Below, piece by piece: positions 8,829 to 22,726 of a stretch of 64,000 nt of DNA. The position numbers and the translations under genes were made by a program. Numbering within the stretch: position 1 is the first letter of the stretch; the number at the start of each line of letters is the position of its first letter. The notes under the pieces are model-generated. The model did not search any database. It had not been told where the DNA came from and saw only the letters and a list, made by a program, of their open reading frames with translations. Source of the DNA: Azolla caroliniana (taxonomy: Eukaryota > Plantae > Polypodiophyta); the NCBI GenBank assembly GCA_043228905.1, contig JBHGNT010000002.1, positions 15,686,001 through 15,750,000 of the forward strand, written 5' to 3'.

Positions 8829-10249
8829 TGTCGTGAGAATCTTCACACACTATGTAAAAAAATAATGAAATAATTATTATAGATTAGATTAGTAGCTTAC
8901 TATAGAAAGATGGATATACTCAAGAGCTTCAAAATTTATTTTACTATATACAAAATGGAGAAATACATACCAAGTTATGAGAAAATAAAGTTTGATTAGA
9001 TAGGGAAATTAGAGCTATCCCACATAGATAGATAAGTTAAGGCCCTGGCTATATAAACACCTTGAGCTCCCTCATTTTTCATTTGTGCTAAGAACACTTT
9101 GGCCACTTTGTCTTGATGGATGATGGTGGCCAAATTCCCCAAATCCGGAAACCGGCCAGTATGCAAAACTGGAACCGGTCGGCAAGCAAACTGGAACCGG
9201 AACCGGCCGGCAAGCAAAACCGGAACCGGAATGGGTATGCACACCGGAAACCGGCCGGTAAGCAAAACCGGAACCGGCTGGCAAGCAAAACCGGAAACCG
9301 GCCGGTAAGCAAAACCGGAACCGGCCGTCAAGCAAAACCGGAACTGGAACCGGCAAGCAAACCGGAACCAGTCGGCAAGCAAAACCGGAACCGGAACTGG
9401 CAAGCAAACCGGAACCCGGCCGGTAAGCAAAACCGGAACCGGAACCGGCAAGCAAACCGGAACTGGCCGGCAAGCAAAACCGGAACCGGAACCGGCTGGC
9501 AAGCAAAACCGGAACCGGAACCGGCCAGCAAGCAAAATCGGAACCGGAACCGAACGGCAAGCAAAATGGAACTGGCTACCGGACGAGGTTGGACGCGGAC
9601 GGACGAAAGATTGGATCATGCAACAAACTAAAGTAAAGTGAAGAGAAGTAAAGTAAAGGCCATGTGGACACAAGCAACTAAAGGAGTGCATGGAAAAAGT
9701 AAAGGTCATGTGGACAGTCACATGCAACCAAAAGAAAAAGCTAGGCAACTAAAAGTAGAGGCCATGCAACAAAAAGTGGAAAAGCTATGATCAAGGGAGA
9801 ACTCCATATTTATTCAATTTTTTTCCTACACTAGGGCACTCTCCATATTATCTTAATTTTTTTTCTTTTCTTTGGGGGAGCTCTCTTATCTTATCGAAGC
9901 CAATAACCCTAATCTTCCCTACGGAAGCTAGCTCTCAAGTAAACCATAATCTCCATACGGAAGCAATCTCGCAAAATCCAAAATTCCTTGTCAAAGCCAT
10001 ATCACTCAAGAATCATAATGTCTTATTTCCTCTAATCTATTATTCTAATCATCTCCATAAGATAAAACTTTTGTAATCCCAATCTTGGGATTGATTGTAA
10101 TCTTTCTTTCCCTTTTATTAATGAAATTTGTTAATCTTTCTCATTTCGGTTAATTCTTAGTACATAAATACATGAATTTGATATCCTCTAGACAAAGGCC
10201 TCGGGGTCTTGCCTCAACGTTCACGTATCCTCGTCGTATTTTCGCGACA
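8829..10249 (+). repeat. 5' LTR of B (1421 bp)
   Basis: TGTCG...CGACA; repeat of 15982-17256 with SNPs and a longer internal array. Confidence 0.95.
9143..9583 (+). repeat. CCGG-rich minisatellite in the B LTR; shorter version at about 16296-16588
   Basis: Irregular repeats of AACCGG and CAAGCAAA. Confidence 0.92.
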
Positions 10250-10302
10250 TCTTTGGTGAACCCGACGTGAAACGAAGCAGTAGGAGGATATCAAGTACGA
10301 AG

Positions 10303-12483
10303 ATGGATTCGACAAGTGGAAATCAAGGAGAAGAATTGACGAAAGGCATGGTGTCCGTCGTCGAATTCATGCTGAAAGAGAGAGATCGGGAGGCTTTAGT
10401 CGACAAAGCTGTTGACCGAACTGTGGAGACAATTGGAAGATTCGGTGGGAAGAACATCACAAATTTCCTTGCTACCTACCGGAATGAGATGCAACAAAGA
10501 GATGTCCATGATCCAAAAAAAATTTCAAGCTTTAAGCATGTGGTAGAACCCGGGATTCGTGAGCGCATGATGGAGATCCAAAACGAGCATGCAACTTGGG
10601 CAGAGTTCGAAAGGGCTCTTCTCATTGAATACATGCTTGAAGACGCATCGCGGATGACTCAGCATGTGTTAATGAATTGGATCGAGAAGAAAGGGAAGAA
10701 TCTGTGTGCATCGGGAATTTATGCCGAATTCGACCAGAAGTACAACCGACTTCCGAGTGTCGAGCAACGAGTTCTTGACGGAGATAAAGTCTTACTATTC
10801 CTAAAGGCAATGGATGTGAAAGATCGGCGAGAATTGCGTAGTTTCTTGGAGGACGAAACACAACCAAATGGTTTGGTAGCGGTCTGGGCGGCGGTGAAGA
10901 AGGCTTGCAGCCGTTTTGATAAGCGGCGACAATGGCAAGAGGAAGCTGAGGTCGAGAATCCACAATTGTGGAAGAAGGCACCTACGACGATTGAGCCTAG
11001 TAAGCCGATCAACAATTTCGACAAGAAAGCAATGGAGGAGTCTATAATCGAAGAGCTCTCCAAGAATTTTGAAGCGGTATCGCTAGCCAACTTAGGTCGA
11101 CGCGGGCCCAAGGGAAAAGAAGCGTATAGATGTGTGTGGTGCGATAGCTTTGAACACTCACGAAGGGAATGTGCTAACTTGCAAGATGCGATCCGCAAGA
11201 ATGTCGTCTATTTGGACAGCAACATGATTCACTCAAGCGAGACCCGGAAGCCACTACAAGTGAACTTCGGAAGAGGTGGACTGAAAAAGATTGTAGAAGA
11301 AGAAGATGCAAGGCATGTGGAGCCTATGCACTATGCCGCTTCGGTTGGGATACGAGTTGGAAAAGAGAATCTTAAAATGATCAAGCCAAGAGCTGGGTTT
11401 TGGCCAACGGTCTTCGAGTGCGAAGAAAAAGGCAAAATCAATTCAGAGGATCTAAAACTTGCTGAGCGAAACGTGCGACGAGCAACTGGATGGTCAGATC
11501 CAATCGACGAAAACACAAGCTTTGCGGAGGTTGTGTGTGACACCTATGAAGCCCTTGTCGAAGAGAAGAGGAAGAGAACCCGTGAAGAAGATAGCACATC
11601 AAAGCGACCTAACACGAGGAACGGAGGGAAAGAAGGGCCACCCCAACCTATCCCAAGAAAAGAGATTGGTGAAACAAACATGAAGCCCGGTGGATCGAGC
11701 CAACCTGCTCGGATGGAAGTCGAAGAATCAACGAAGAAAGGAAAAGAACGAGCGGCACCGACTTACAAGCTAAGGTCGGACATAGAACAAACAACTAACT
11801 TGCGGAAGGTCCTTGAGGAGAAGGTTTTAGATAGTCATGTCGACCTTACCTTGAGAGAGCTACTTGGGATCGCGAAGAAGGAGTTCCATGATACTATCGT
11901 GGACCTTATTAAGAGGATGCGGCAACAATCTGATGAAGTGGAGGTGAAAACAAGTGCCATAACCATGGCAAGATCGGAAGAGGAGGAAGAAGAAGAAGTG
12001 GTGGCGGATAGCCATTACTTGCAGCCTCATTGGGCAAGAGCGACAACTGAGACACCGGTGAAGATCGGGGAGAAGAAAGAGACCGTGGTCGCTTTGATTG
12101 ACCATGGCTCTGAGATCAACCTCATGTCGACCGAGTTCTACAAGAAAGGAAGATGGACGATTAATACAAACCACGGATGGAAGATTCGAGCGGCAACGAA
12201 GGCTACGGAGGACTTGTACGGAGCTTGCCCCAACGTTAAAGTCACGATCGGGGATGTAGAGATTGATCAACACTTCTTCGTGCAAGACTCGGCTTCACAT
12301 CCCGTCATCCTAGGACAACCATATATAACATCGTCCCGGATGGAGACCAAGGTGTTCGATAATGGAGCGGCCTTCGCCCGCGTCAAGAGTCTTGATAGTA
12401 AAAGATCCGTTCAATTCCTGACGATGCGAGCTAATCATGAAAGGAACCGAGATAGCCTTGGAGGCGAATCCTCGGATTTTTAA
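10303..12483 (+). CDS. gag: Gag-protease polyprotein of B
   Basis: CVWCDSFEHSRREC; ALIDHGSEINLM; ends TCG GAT TTT TAA. Confidence 0.9.
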   Translation: MDSTSGNQGEELTKGMVSVVEFMLKERDREALVDKAVDRTVETIGRFGGKNITNFLATYRNEMQQRDVHDPKKISSFKHVVEPGIRERMMEIQNEHATWAEFERALLIEYMLEDASRMTQHVLMNWIEKKGKNLCASGIYAEFDQKYNRLPSVEQRVLDGDKVLLFLKAMDVKDRRELRSFLEDETQPNGLVAVWAAVKKACSRFDKRRQWQEEAEVENPQLWKKAPTTIEPSKPINNFDKKAMEESIIEELSKNFEAVSLANLGRRGPKGKEAYRCVWCDSFEHSRRECANLQDAIRKNVVYLDSNMIHSSETRKPLQVNFGRGGLKKIVEEEDARHVEPMHYAASVGIRVGKENLKMIKPRAGFWPTVFECEEKGKINSEDLKLAERNVRRATGWSDPIDENTSFAEVVCDTYEALVEEKRKRTREEDSTSKRPNTRNGGKEGPPQPIPRKEIGETNMKPGGSSQPARMEVEESTKKGKERAAPTYKLRSDIEQTTNLRKVLEEKVLDSHVDLTLRELLGIAKKEFHDTIVDLIKRMRQQSDEVEVKTSAITMARSEEEEEEEVVADSHYLQPHWARATTETPVKIGEKKETVVALIDHGSEINLMSTEFYKKGRWTINTNHGWKIRAATKATEDLYGACPNVKVTIGDVEIDQHFFVQDSASHPVILGQPYITSSRMETKVFDNGAAFARVKSLDSKRSVQFLTMRANHERNRDSLGGESSDF

Positions 12484-15400
12484 AGCGGACTATTGAAGCA
12501 TGGGGCACAAATAGTCCGAGCAATCATAAGTCCCCACAAGGAAGCAAAGTGCGTGGATTGCAAGGAGAAGCAACATGCGTCACACCTGGCGGCGCATGCA
12601 AACTTAGACTACTCAACAAGAAGGAAAAGTGTTAGATACAAGACTTCGAGGAGGTGCTGAAAGAAGAAAGCATAATCGAAGAAGAAGAATTCGTGTCATA
12701 TATTCTGGAGGAAGCCTCATTTAACGACACCATCGGCGAAATCGAGGAAGTTGTGGATTTGAGCTATCCTCACCATCAACATGTGATTTCGGTTAACTCC
12801 GTCAACATGTATACTATCATCGATGAATATCATCGAGGCATCTTGATAGAGGAAGTCGAAGTCAACACAAAATATTAAACCGTGGATAGGAAGATCAAGT
12901 CAGTTGCAGTTCCGCTATCGGAAGATAGCTGGCAAAAGATGAAGGAAGTTGCAAAAGATCCAAGCTTAAGGAACCCAAATACAATTGGTCACATCTTCAC
13001 TGAAGAGACGAAGGGAAAGCTACGAGTTGGAAGGGAGGATTTCCTCCTCCCTGAAGAGGAGTGGATGTTTCGTGGAATGCTTGAAAGACATGGGAAGGCT
13101 TTCGCGTTTTTCCCACAAGAAATCGGGTGTGCTAATCCAAGGACGATAGAACCGATGGTGATCTTCACGGTGCCGCATGTGCCTTGGAATTTGAAACCGA
13201 TACCGGTTCCGAGAGCACACCTACCGAAGCTGATCGAGCTCTTAAAGGAGAAGGTGAGGATGGGAATTCTAGAACCGTTGAATGCTCCTTATTCTAATAG
13301 GTGGTTCACGTTGCCAAAGAAGAATGGATCGTTGCGATTCATTCAAGATCTTCAACCTGTCAACAAGGTGACAATTCGGAATGCTGGAATCGGTCCGAGT
13401 GTGGATGAATTTGCCGAGGCGTTTGCGGGCCGGTCCATCTACTCCATCGGCGATCTTTACTCTGGCTACGATCAATTCCAGTTGGCGGTCGACAGTCGTG
13501 ACATTACAACCATGAAAACTCTAATCGGGTTGGTGCGGATGTGTACCTTACCTCAAGGCGCAATGAACTCAGTGGCTCATATGGTGAATGCCATGAACAA
13601 GGTCTTGAAGGATTGCATCCTGGATATCATGATGCCATTCTTAGATGATATTCCGATAAAAGGATGTTCGGATGAAGAGAAGGATGAATCAAAAGATAAG
13701 GATGGATGTAGAAAGTTCGTCATGGATCATATGAAAGATTGCGAGAAGGTGCTCCAAAGGCTCGAAGATGCGAATTTGACATTTTCGGGAGAAAAATCCG
13801 CATTCGGGCAACCGGAGATCCTGGTGGTAGGTCACTTGTGTGGAGCATACGGTCGAAAGCCTTCGCCATCCAAGGTGAATGCAATTCAAGACATGAAAGA
13901 AGAATGTGTAACCCAAACGGAGGTTCAAAGGTTCCTTGGAGCATGCGCGTTTTATCATATTTGGATTCCACACTACGCCCACATTCCTGAGCCATTATAT
14001 GGTCTACTAAAGAAGAAGCGGATGTTCGAATGGACGAGCGAGCATACAATCGCCATCCGAAGGCTGAAGAAATTATTGATGGAGGCACCTGCATTACGGA
14101 AAGCGGACTATTCATACGACAAGCCCATTTTCGTGACTGTGGATACTAGTCCAATTGGAATTGGATGGGTTATCAACCAAGAAGATGAAGATTGCAACCG
14201 ATATGCAATTCGGTTTGGCGCGAAAGTGTTAAGTAACAGGCAAAGATGGTATGCCCAAGTGAAGAGGGAGCTATGGGGGATCATCTCGGCAATCAAATCT
14301 GATCGTGATTACCTTATTGGAGCAGAAGTCATAATTGAGACACATTGCCTACCAATTTTGGGTATGATATCTGGTTGTAATACACCGGATATTGCCATGT
14401 TGCGTTGGATTGCATATATCAAATCACTCAACCCGGAGATCCGTCATGTAGCTGGGAAGCGTAATGTCGTTGCAGACATGCTATCACGAGCGAGATACGA
14501 CGGAAAAGAAGATCGACATTCTGATGAAGATGATGTTGGCTTGGATTTCTTTGCAAGTTCCTATGCTCGGGTGTTGACTACTTTCATAGAAGAGGACTAC
14601 GAAGGCGAATTCGTGGAGATCGGGAAATACTAGAGCTCTCTCCAAAAAGATGAATCATGGTCGACGGAAGACTTCCATCCAATTCGGAAGAAAGCATACA
14701 AGTATTTCCTGAAGGATGGAGCTCTTTGGAAGCATGCAAAAAAGAAGAATGGGAGTCCGATGAGAGTTGTCTGCAAGCTAGAAGACCAACAAAGACTAAT
14801 GTCCGAATTTCATGATAGTGTTTTTGTAGCCCATCGAGGAATATGGGCTACGTTTGCGAAGCTTAAGGAGAAATATTGGTGGTTGGGCATCTACAAAGAT
14901 GTAGCAGCTTATGTAGAAACATGTAAGGAATGTCAAATGTTTTCGAATATTCGCCATCGAGATGGACTTCATCCGACTTACCCGTTGGCTATGCATTACA
15001 AGTGGATGGTGGACATAGTGATGATGCCAATGGGACGATGGCAGATGAAGTATCTTGTGCTCGCGAGAGAGGATCTTACCAATCAAGTTGAAGGGCGAGC
15101 ATTAAGAACTAAGGAGACATCATCAGTATGCCGATTCCTTCTTGAAGATGTTATTTGCAGATATGGATGCGTCGGCAAGATAGTGGCTGATAGAGGCGAG
15201 TTGGACGCCAATGAAGCTAGAGAATTCTTCTCGAGGATGGGAATCAAATTATCTCTTACCATGGCGTATAATCCGGAAGCAAATGGGAAGGTGGAACGTG
15301 GACATGGACCGATTGTGAAGGCTCTAGTGAAAGCTTGCCATGGGAAAATAGGAGAATGTCCACGTCTATTGCCATTTGCATTATGGGCTGACAGGACTAC

Positions 15401-15914
15401 TCATAGCACGGTGACGGGATACATGCCGACAGAGCTCATATTCGGACAAAAGCCAATAATGCCGGTAGAACAAAGTATTATTTCATGGTTTGCATTGCCA
15501 TGGCAAGATGAGATAAGTAGAGAAGATCTTCTAGCATTGAGGATTCGACAATTAGAGTGGAATTTGGAAGATGTAGAGGCGGCTAAAGCGCGGCTAAAGA
15601 ACAAGAAAGACTTCGATAAACGACATCGACTTCGGCCGAGGAAAATCGTTGAAGGAGATTGGGTGCTAGTCTATGACAGTAGCCTATATAACCAACATAG
15701 TACGACTCGAAAATTCTCACAACGATGGTTTGGGCCATATGTGGTGAAGAAAGTGGAAGATAATGCAACATATCATTTAGTAGAACTGGATGGTACACCA
15801 CTTGCCTTGCCAATTGCCAGTAAAAGAATCAAGATCTTCAAGAGAAGAGATAGAATAGAAATTCGATTCGAAGCTTTTGACGATTCAATCTTAAGCATCG
15901 ATGAAAAAGTATAG
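12474..15914 (+). pseudogene. pol: Pol of B with in-frame premature stops
   Basis: ORFs at 12654, 12882 and 14760 are all in the -1 frame of the slippery site; PFLDDI, RNase H and IN motifs present. Confidence 0.92.
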
Positions 15915-15981
15915 TAAACAAAAATGAATCCTCACCAAAATTGGCACATACCGGTGGATGTGCAGGTTTGGTGGGGGCGAA

Positions 15982-17256
15982 TGTCGTGTGAATCTTCACA
16001 CACTATGTAAAAAAATAATGAAATAATTATTATAGATTAGATTAGTAGCTTACTATAGAAAGATGGATATACTCAAGAGCTTCAAAATGTATTTTACTAT
16101 ATACAAAATGGAGAAATAGGTACCAAGTTATCAGAAAATAAAGTTTGATTAGATAGGGAAATTAGAGCTATCCCACATAGATAGGAAAGTTAAGGCCTTG
16201 GCTATATAAACACCTTGAGCTCCCTCATTTTTCATTTGTGCTAAGAGCACTTTGGCCACTTTGTCTTGATGGATGATGGTGGCCAAATTACCCAAATCTG
16301 GAAATCGGCCGGTACGCAAAACCGGAACCGACGGCAAGCAAACCGGAACCGGAACCGGCCGGCAAGCAAAACCGGAACCGGAACGGGTATGCAAACCGGA
16401 AACCGGCCGGTAAGCAAAACTGGAACCGGCCGGCAAGCAAAACCGGAAACCGGCCGGTAAGCAAAACCGGAACCGGCCGGCAAGGAAAACCGGAACTGGA
16501 ATCGGCAAGCAAACCGGAACCGGAACCGGCAGGCAAGCAAAATCGGAACCGGAATCGACCGGCAAGCAAAATGGAACCGGCTACCGGACGAGGTTGGACG
16601 CGGACGGACGAAAGATTGTATCATGCAACAAACTAAAGTAAAGTGAAGAGAAGTAAAGTAAAGGCCATGTGGACACTAGCAACTAAAGGAGTGCATGGAA
16701 AAAGTAAAGGTCATGTGGACAGTCACATGCAACCAAAAGAAAAAGCTAGGCAACTAAAAGTAGAGGCCATGCAACAAAAAGTGGAAAAGCTATGATCAAG
16801 GGAGAACTCCATATTTATTCCATTTTTTTCCTACACTAAGACTCACTCTCCATATTATCTAAATTTCTTTTCTTTTCTTTGGGGAGCTCTCTTATCTTAT
16901 CGAAGCCAATAACCCTAATCTTCCCTACGGAAGCTAGCTCTCAAGTAAACCATAATCTCCATACGGAAGCAATCTCTCAAAATCCAAAATTCCTTGTCAA
17001 AGCCATATCACTCAAGAATGATGATCTCTTATTTCTTCTAATCTATTATTCTAATCATCTCCATAAGATAAAACTTTTGTAATCCCAATCTTGGGATTGA
17101 TTGTAATCTTTCTTTCCTTTTTATTAATGAAATTTGTTAATCTTTCTCATTTCGATTAATTCTTAGTATATAAATACACGAATTTGATATCCTCTAGACA
17201 AAGGCCCCTGAGGTCTTACCTCAACGTTCACGTATCCTCGTCGTATTTTCGCGACA
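15982..17256 (+). repeat. 3' LTR of B (1275 bp)
   Basis: Direct repeat of 8829-10249. Confidence 0.95.
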
Positions 17257-20200
17257 CCGGCTCGCCGTCTCTGCTATCTTGGTGGTTGCCGTTTCCCTCA
17301 TCGGTGTCGGTCCTTTGCTCAAATGGGTTCTTAGGCATCAGTCCTCTATATGGCTTCAATCGGAATCCGTTGACCCATTTTCCTAGCACTTCACCGGCAA
17401 GTGTCCCTAACTGGTAGGACCCATTATACTCACGTGTTAGCCAATACGGTCCAGTCCATCTAAACCGTAGTTTACCCGGCATCTTGGCCATCCGGGTCTG
17501 AAATACTAACACTGGTTTATTGATTGCTAACATTTTTTCGTTTCCTTTCCTATGCCAGTCGACAAATGCTTTCTGTCGCCGTTGTTCCAATTCTAAGTGC
17601 AGGATGCTTGCCAGTCGTTGTTCCTCGAGTTCACACAATGTTGTTAACCGTATTGCCTCTGACTCCTTCTCGTTCAGCCGTTCCCGTAGCTGGATCCGTA
17701 AGCTGGGTACTTGGAATTCCACCGGCATTACCACCTCTAGTCCGAACGCTAACCGGAACGGTGTTGTTCGGATGCTCGTTTTGTATGCCGTCCGGTATGC
17801 CCAAAGCGCGCTATGTAGCTTGGTATCCCAATCCGTTCGGTTTTCGTTGACGATCTTCCGGAGGATATTCTGGAGCGTTTTGTTCGTCGATTCCGCTAAC
17901 CCGTTTGCTTGCGGATAGTATGGTGTGCTCTGTTTATGGACAACGGCATAGAATGTCGTCAGGCTTTCAACTACTTGGCCGAGAAAGTGCCCCCCTTGGT
18001 CGCTTATTAATTCGATTGGGCATCCATAACGGCACCAGATGTACTCGTATAGAAATTTCGCCGTTGACGCAGCAGTGTTGTCTCTTAAGGCTTTGGCCTC
18101 CACCCATTTCGTGCGGTAATCCGTCGCGACGATGACGTATTGATTACCCGTTCTCATTGCTGGTGGTTTGAACGGTCCAACAATGTCCAACCCCCACTTC
18201 TGGAATGGCTCGAGTGGTAGGACCGGTTGGTGTGGCATACGAGCGTGCTCTGTTGGCTGGCCCATTCGCTGGCATAGGTCACATTCTTTTGCGTACCGTA
18301 CCGCATCTCTTAATGTCGTTGGCCACCATAGGCCACTTTGCCATATTTTCCTGGCCGTCGCATCTCCGTCATAGTGACCTCCGGCAACTCCGCAGTGAGC
18401 TTCCCTAAGTATTAGGTCCTTTTCATCGTTGCGCACAACCCGTCTCCATATGCCGTCCGTGCCCTTATGGTAAAGTGTGTCTTGCAGTAAGCAGAAATGT
18501 CGGCTTTGCATCGCCAGGTGTTTTTGTTCGTCCCGGTTCATCTCTTTCGGAGGCAGTCCTGTGCTTAGAAACTGGTGCATATTTGTGAGCCACTTGTCTT
18601 CCTATGCCACCGTCTCATCTGCTGCCGTTTCCGTAGTGACTCGAAACAGCTCCGCATCCGGAAACTCATCCGCTACTCCGTCTCCCGTCTCTCCGGACTC
18701 TAATCGGCTTAAGTAATCCGCCATGGCATGCTGTATACTGGGTCAGTGGAATATTTCAAACTCGAATTCCTGTAACAGTAAGGTCCACCAGGCCAATTTG
18801 CCAGTGAGTGACGCTTTGGACACCAGGTAAAGGAGTGTCGAATGATCTACATGGAAGGAAAACTTCCGTCCCAATAAATAATGCCGAAACTTTGTCACAC
18901 TGTAGATCATCCCTAGAGCTTCCCATTCCGTGGTAGAGTAGGTCCGTTCTGCTTGGGTCAACTGCTATACCTTCCTGGCTTTGTCACTTTGTCCGGGTCG
19001 ACTGCTATACCTTCCTGGCTTACGATATGTCCTAATAAAGTTCCACTGGACATGCCAAATACACACTTTCCCGGATTCAAGCTTAGCCGGTACGCTCTAC
19101 ACTTTTCTAGACAAAGACGGAGATGCTGAAAATGGTCCTCCTCCCGGCTATAGACGACGAAATCGTCAAGGAAAACCTGCATAAAAGCCGGAATATATTC
19201 ACCAAAGATTTCCACGATGATTCGTTGAAATGTTGCCGGTGCCGTTTTGAGTCCGAACATCATCACCACGGCCACAAACACCCCCCATTTGGTGACGAAA
19301 GCTGTTTTCTCTTGGTCGTCGGGGTGCATCCGGATCTGATTATACCCGCTGAATCCGTCTAGGAAGCTATAGACCTCATGGCCGGCGACGGCATCCAACA
19401 CTCCATCTGTGAACGGAAGTGGAAACGCATCCGTTACCGTAGCTGGATTGAGTTTCCGGTAGTTCACACAAACTCGAATTTTTCCGTTCTTCTTCGGTAC
19501 AACTACGATCGGGCTCAACCATGTCGCTTTCTTTACCGGACGGATAAAGCCGACTCTTAGCAGTTTGTCGATTTCCTCCTTGACTTTGGCGGCATAATTG
19601 GGATTCATCCGGTACCATCTTTGTGCCACTGGTTTTGCGGCCTTGCTCAAGTGAACCTGATGTTGGTATAACTGAGGGTCGAGTCCTCGCATGTCTTCGT
19701 ATGACCAGGCGAGCACATCGCGAAATTCCGTGAGAAGTGTGATCATCGCCGTTTTGTCTTCGGACTTCATCTCCTTGGCGATGTGCACCGGTTTTGCTTC
19801 GTCCGTGGTCCCTAGGTTCACCTCTTCTAGTTGCGACGCTTTTACGCGCTGTGAAACGGCCATTTCCCGTTCCAACGCTTCCTGCGCTTGCCGTAACTCC
19901 CGGATTGCGTCTTTATCCGGTTCTGCTTCAGCCTCTTCCAGTTGCGGTAAGTATGGTGCTACTACTTCGGCAATGTCAATTTCGAAGAGGGGTATGATCT
20001 TCGGGTTTTCCTGCAAATACTGAGCTTCTTCTTCGTCAGCTAACCCTTCTGGCATGTTGACGCACTCTGCATACAACGGTGTACATTCCTTGCCAGTGCT
20101 CGTCCTTGGCTGTGTTGGTACCCGTACCTTGGCTTATCCTCGCCGGAAGGTAATTATATTTTTACTCCAATTCTGTTTGATATGTGCCGTTTTCAACCAC

Positions 20201-22680
20201 GGCCGCCCCAGTAATAGCGGGTATGCGCCTTGTGCCTGTAATTGTAGCACTACTGCTGAGATGTGAAATGTATGACCGCCCATGGTGACTTCTAATTTCC
20301 GTATTAATCCTGTCAGCCGCACTGAGCTTGTATCGGCCATCCGCAACCAGAACAGACACGGCTCCCACTCGTGAATTCCTAGGGCATCACACGTCCGGAG
20401 GCTTATTACATTCACCCCAGAGCCTCCGTCTATAACTTTGCCGGGGAGTTCTTTCCCTTTTACAATGGCAGTGATTACCGGACTATTGGTGTCCACCACC
20501 GTTGGTCCCTCCTCCGGATTCGAGAAGAGTACCGGTGCCGGTGATGATTCTCCTACCGTCATGGCCGTCTTCAGTCCTTCCGTGAATCTTGGCACGAGTT
20601 GCAGGAGTCTTCCTAGTGGCAGCGTAATCTGGCATTCTTGCAACGCCTGCCATGTCTCGTTCTCGGAGTGACTGCCACCGGCAAGCCCTACGGTGTTCTC
20701 CTTTTGCCGTTGTAAGTCTGTGACATTCTGCTCGTTTGCTTTCTTCACCCATTCCGTCGCTTGTTTCCGGATGGTCTCCTACGTCTCCCATTCCTTGGCC
20801 ATTCCCTTCGACCTTGTGGTCACCTGCTGCAGATCTGCCACCTCAGGGACTACCATATTTACCGCCGGTCGTTTTTCATAGCTCTTCACCGGGCATTGAT
20901 TACTATAATGGCCTTCTTGTCGGCAGTAGTACCAATAGGCTTTCCGGGTATTGCTGGATTCGGCATTGTCTGTTGTACCCGAGCCAGGTCCTGTGGTACG
21001 TGCGGGGTTTTGGGCCGGTTGGCTGCTTGAAGCTCCTTGTTCCGGATCCCGTGGATAGCCACCTTTTTTGAAATGCCATTTTTTGTTATAGCTCTTCTTA
21101 TTGCGGTACTCTTGACAGGGTTGCCCATTATATCTGCCGTATTCCTCCCGTTGCTGACGATACCTGGGGGAGTGCTCCCGGTCGTAATGTTCGTATCGTC
21201 TATTGTAATCCCGGTACTGATCATGCCGGTCATAGTTATCCCGCCGATCACCGTACTAGACATCATTCTCTCGTCGATCGCCATACCGGACATCCTATGC
21301 CGGTCGGTTGCGGTCCATTCGCCGCCAACGTTCCTCTTCTTCATCCTGGCTGCTGTGTGGCTCAATTTGTCGGACAGGCGGTGCTTGCCGGTTTAATAGA
21401 TTATACTCGCACCTATCCGTCGTATGGCCCTTGGATTGACAGATTACACATGCGTCCTCATAGTGCATTCTAGAGCCGAGTGTCCAAAATTCAAGCAGGT
21501 TGTGCACTGTATTGCTTGTCGAAACCGGAGGTCTTCATCGGACGGTAACGCCCGTTGGAGTGCTCCCAGTGTGAGCCAGGAGCTTGTCTTTTCCATCTCT
21601 CTCACCTGGTCAATGACTTGGTCGATGGTACTTGTGCGGAAGTCAATTACTGTGCAAACCGTGCGTAGGGGTTCCCGGAGCGCGTTTAGGAATATAGTCC
21701 GTAATTCCTCATCCGGGGATGCGGGGGCAAGCTGACTATGCATCCGTTGAAACTGGATGACAAACTGGGGAATGCTCTCCCCTGCTTCCTGTCGGATGGT
21801 ATAAAATAAGCCTACCATTACGGTCTGGTCCACCTCCTTTTGGAAAAAATGCAAGAATTTAGCTTTTAAATCTGCAAAGGTGTTGATGTTAGACGGGTCC
21901 TACGTCTGACGCCATCTTGCTACCGGTCCCTCCAATGTGATGCCAAATTCCGCTATCTTAGAGCGTTCCTCTTCATCCGGGGTCAATCTTTGGGACACAT
22001 GGTTGGCTTCCCATGTCTGTTCAAAGTCGTGCACATGAGCTTCCGCGTCCGGATCATCTCTATACTTGGTGTACTGGAACGGCATGTCGTCGTCCGGTAT
22101 CGGTGTGCGGGCTGGCAGTGTTGGTGCTCGTTCCAGGATTTTCTCCGGCGTCGGTGGTCTTTCCCGATTTTTTTCCGGCGTCGGTGGTTTTTCCTCTTCT
22201 TTTGGTGACGGAGGCCTCTCCTCTTCGACTTCCGGTGTCGGAGGTCGCTCTTCCTTTGCTGGTTCCGGGGGTTCCAGCGTTAGCACTTCCGGTTCCGGTG
22301 TCGGTAAGGTATCCGATCCTTCGTCCTTCGGTCCGCTTGGGGTTTCGTTGTTGCGACGGTAGTTTGTGTGCACGTTGTATTCCCCTTCAGAGTCCGATTC
22401 ATACGCTGAAAAGGCTTCTGCTTGGCCTTCGCCGTTTGCCAACGCCTGGAGAAGGGATTCGGTTTCCCGGAGGCTGCTTAGGCTGCTGCCGTCGTCTGGG
22501 TGTGATGTTTGCGGTAACCAGAGGGAGTCCTCCACTACTCTCCGGATTACGTTGGAAAACGAGCGATCTGCTCTAATTTCCTGCGCCGCTTGCTAGAAAG
22601 CCTCACGTCTCCTTTGTCTTTCGGCAAGGCGTCGAGTTCGATTTGTAACCAGGTTGTGCGTTGATCTAGTCATCCATCCG
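17257..22680 (-). pseudogene. pol: gag-pol of C1, with stops, a frameshift and an RNase H-region deletion
   Basis: ORF fragments 21900-22535, 21444-21854, 20134-20748, 18958-20076, 18743-18961 and 17228-18580 are collinear with C2. Confidence 0.92.
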
Positions 22681-22709
22681 TGCCGTCGTTCGCTGCAAAA
22701 ACAGGAATC

Positions 22710-22719
22710 GTGGTCGCCA
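22710..22719 (-). other. Short PBS of C1 (tRNA-Arg-like)
   Basis: TGGCGACCAC, 7 nt after the LTR. Same motif in C2 (about 55212-55221) and E (about 58202-58211). It matches the recalled tRNA-Arg(UCG) end GTGGTCGCCA. Confidence 0.65.
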
Positions 22720-22726
22720 AAAACTG

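Larger units (their letters stand above)
8829..17256 (+). mobile_element. Full-length Ty3/Gypsy element B (tRNA-Trp primed), older, pol inactivated
   Basis: LTRs 8829-10249 and 15982-17256, TSD CCGG at 8825-8828 and 17257-17260, PBS 10254-10270, PPT about 15964-15981. Confidence 0.95.

Noticed and set aside
8996-9748. Multiple ORFs over the B LTR (also 16149-16624)
   Set aside because: Low-complexity translations of the AACCGG minisatellite.
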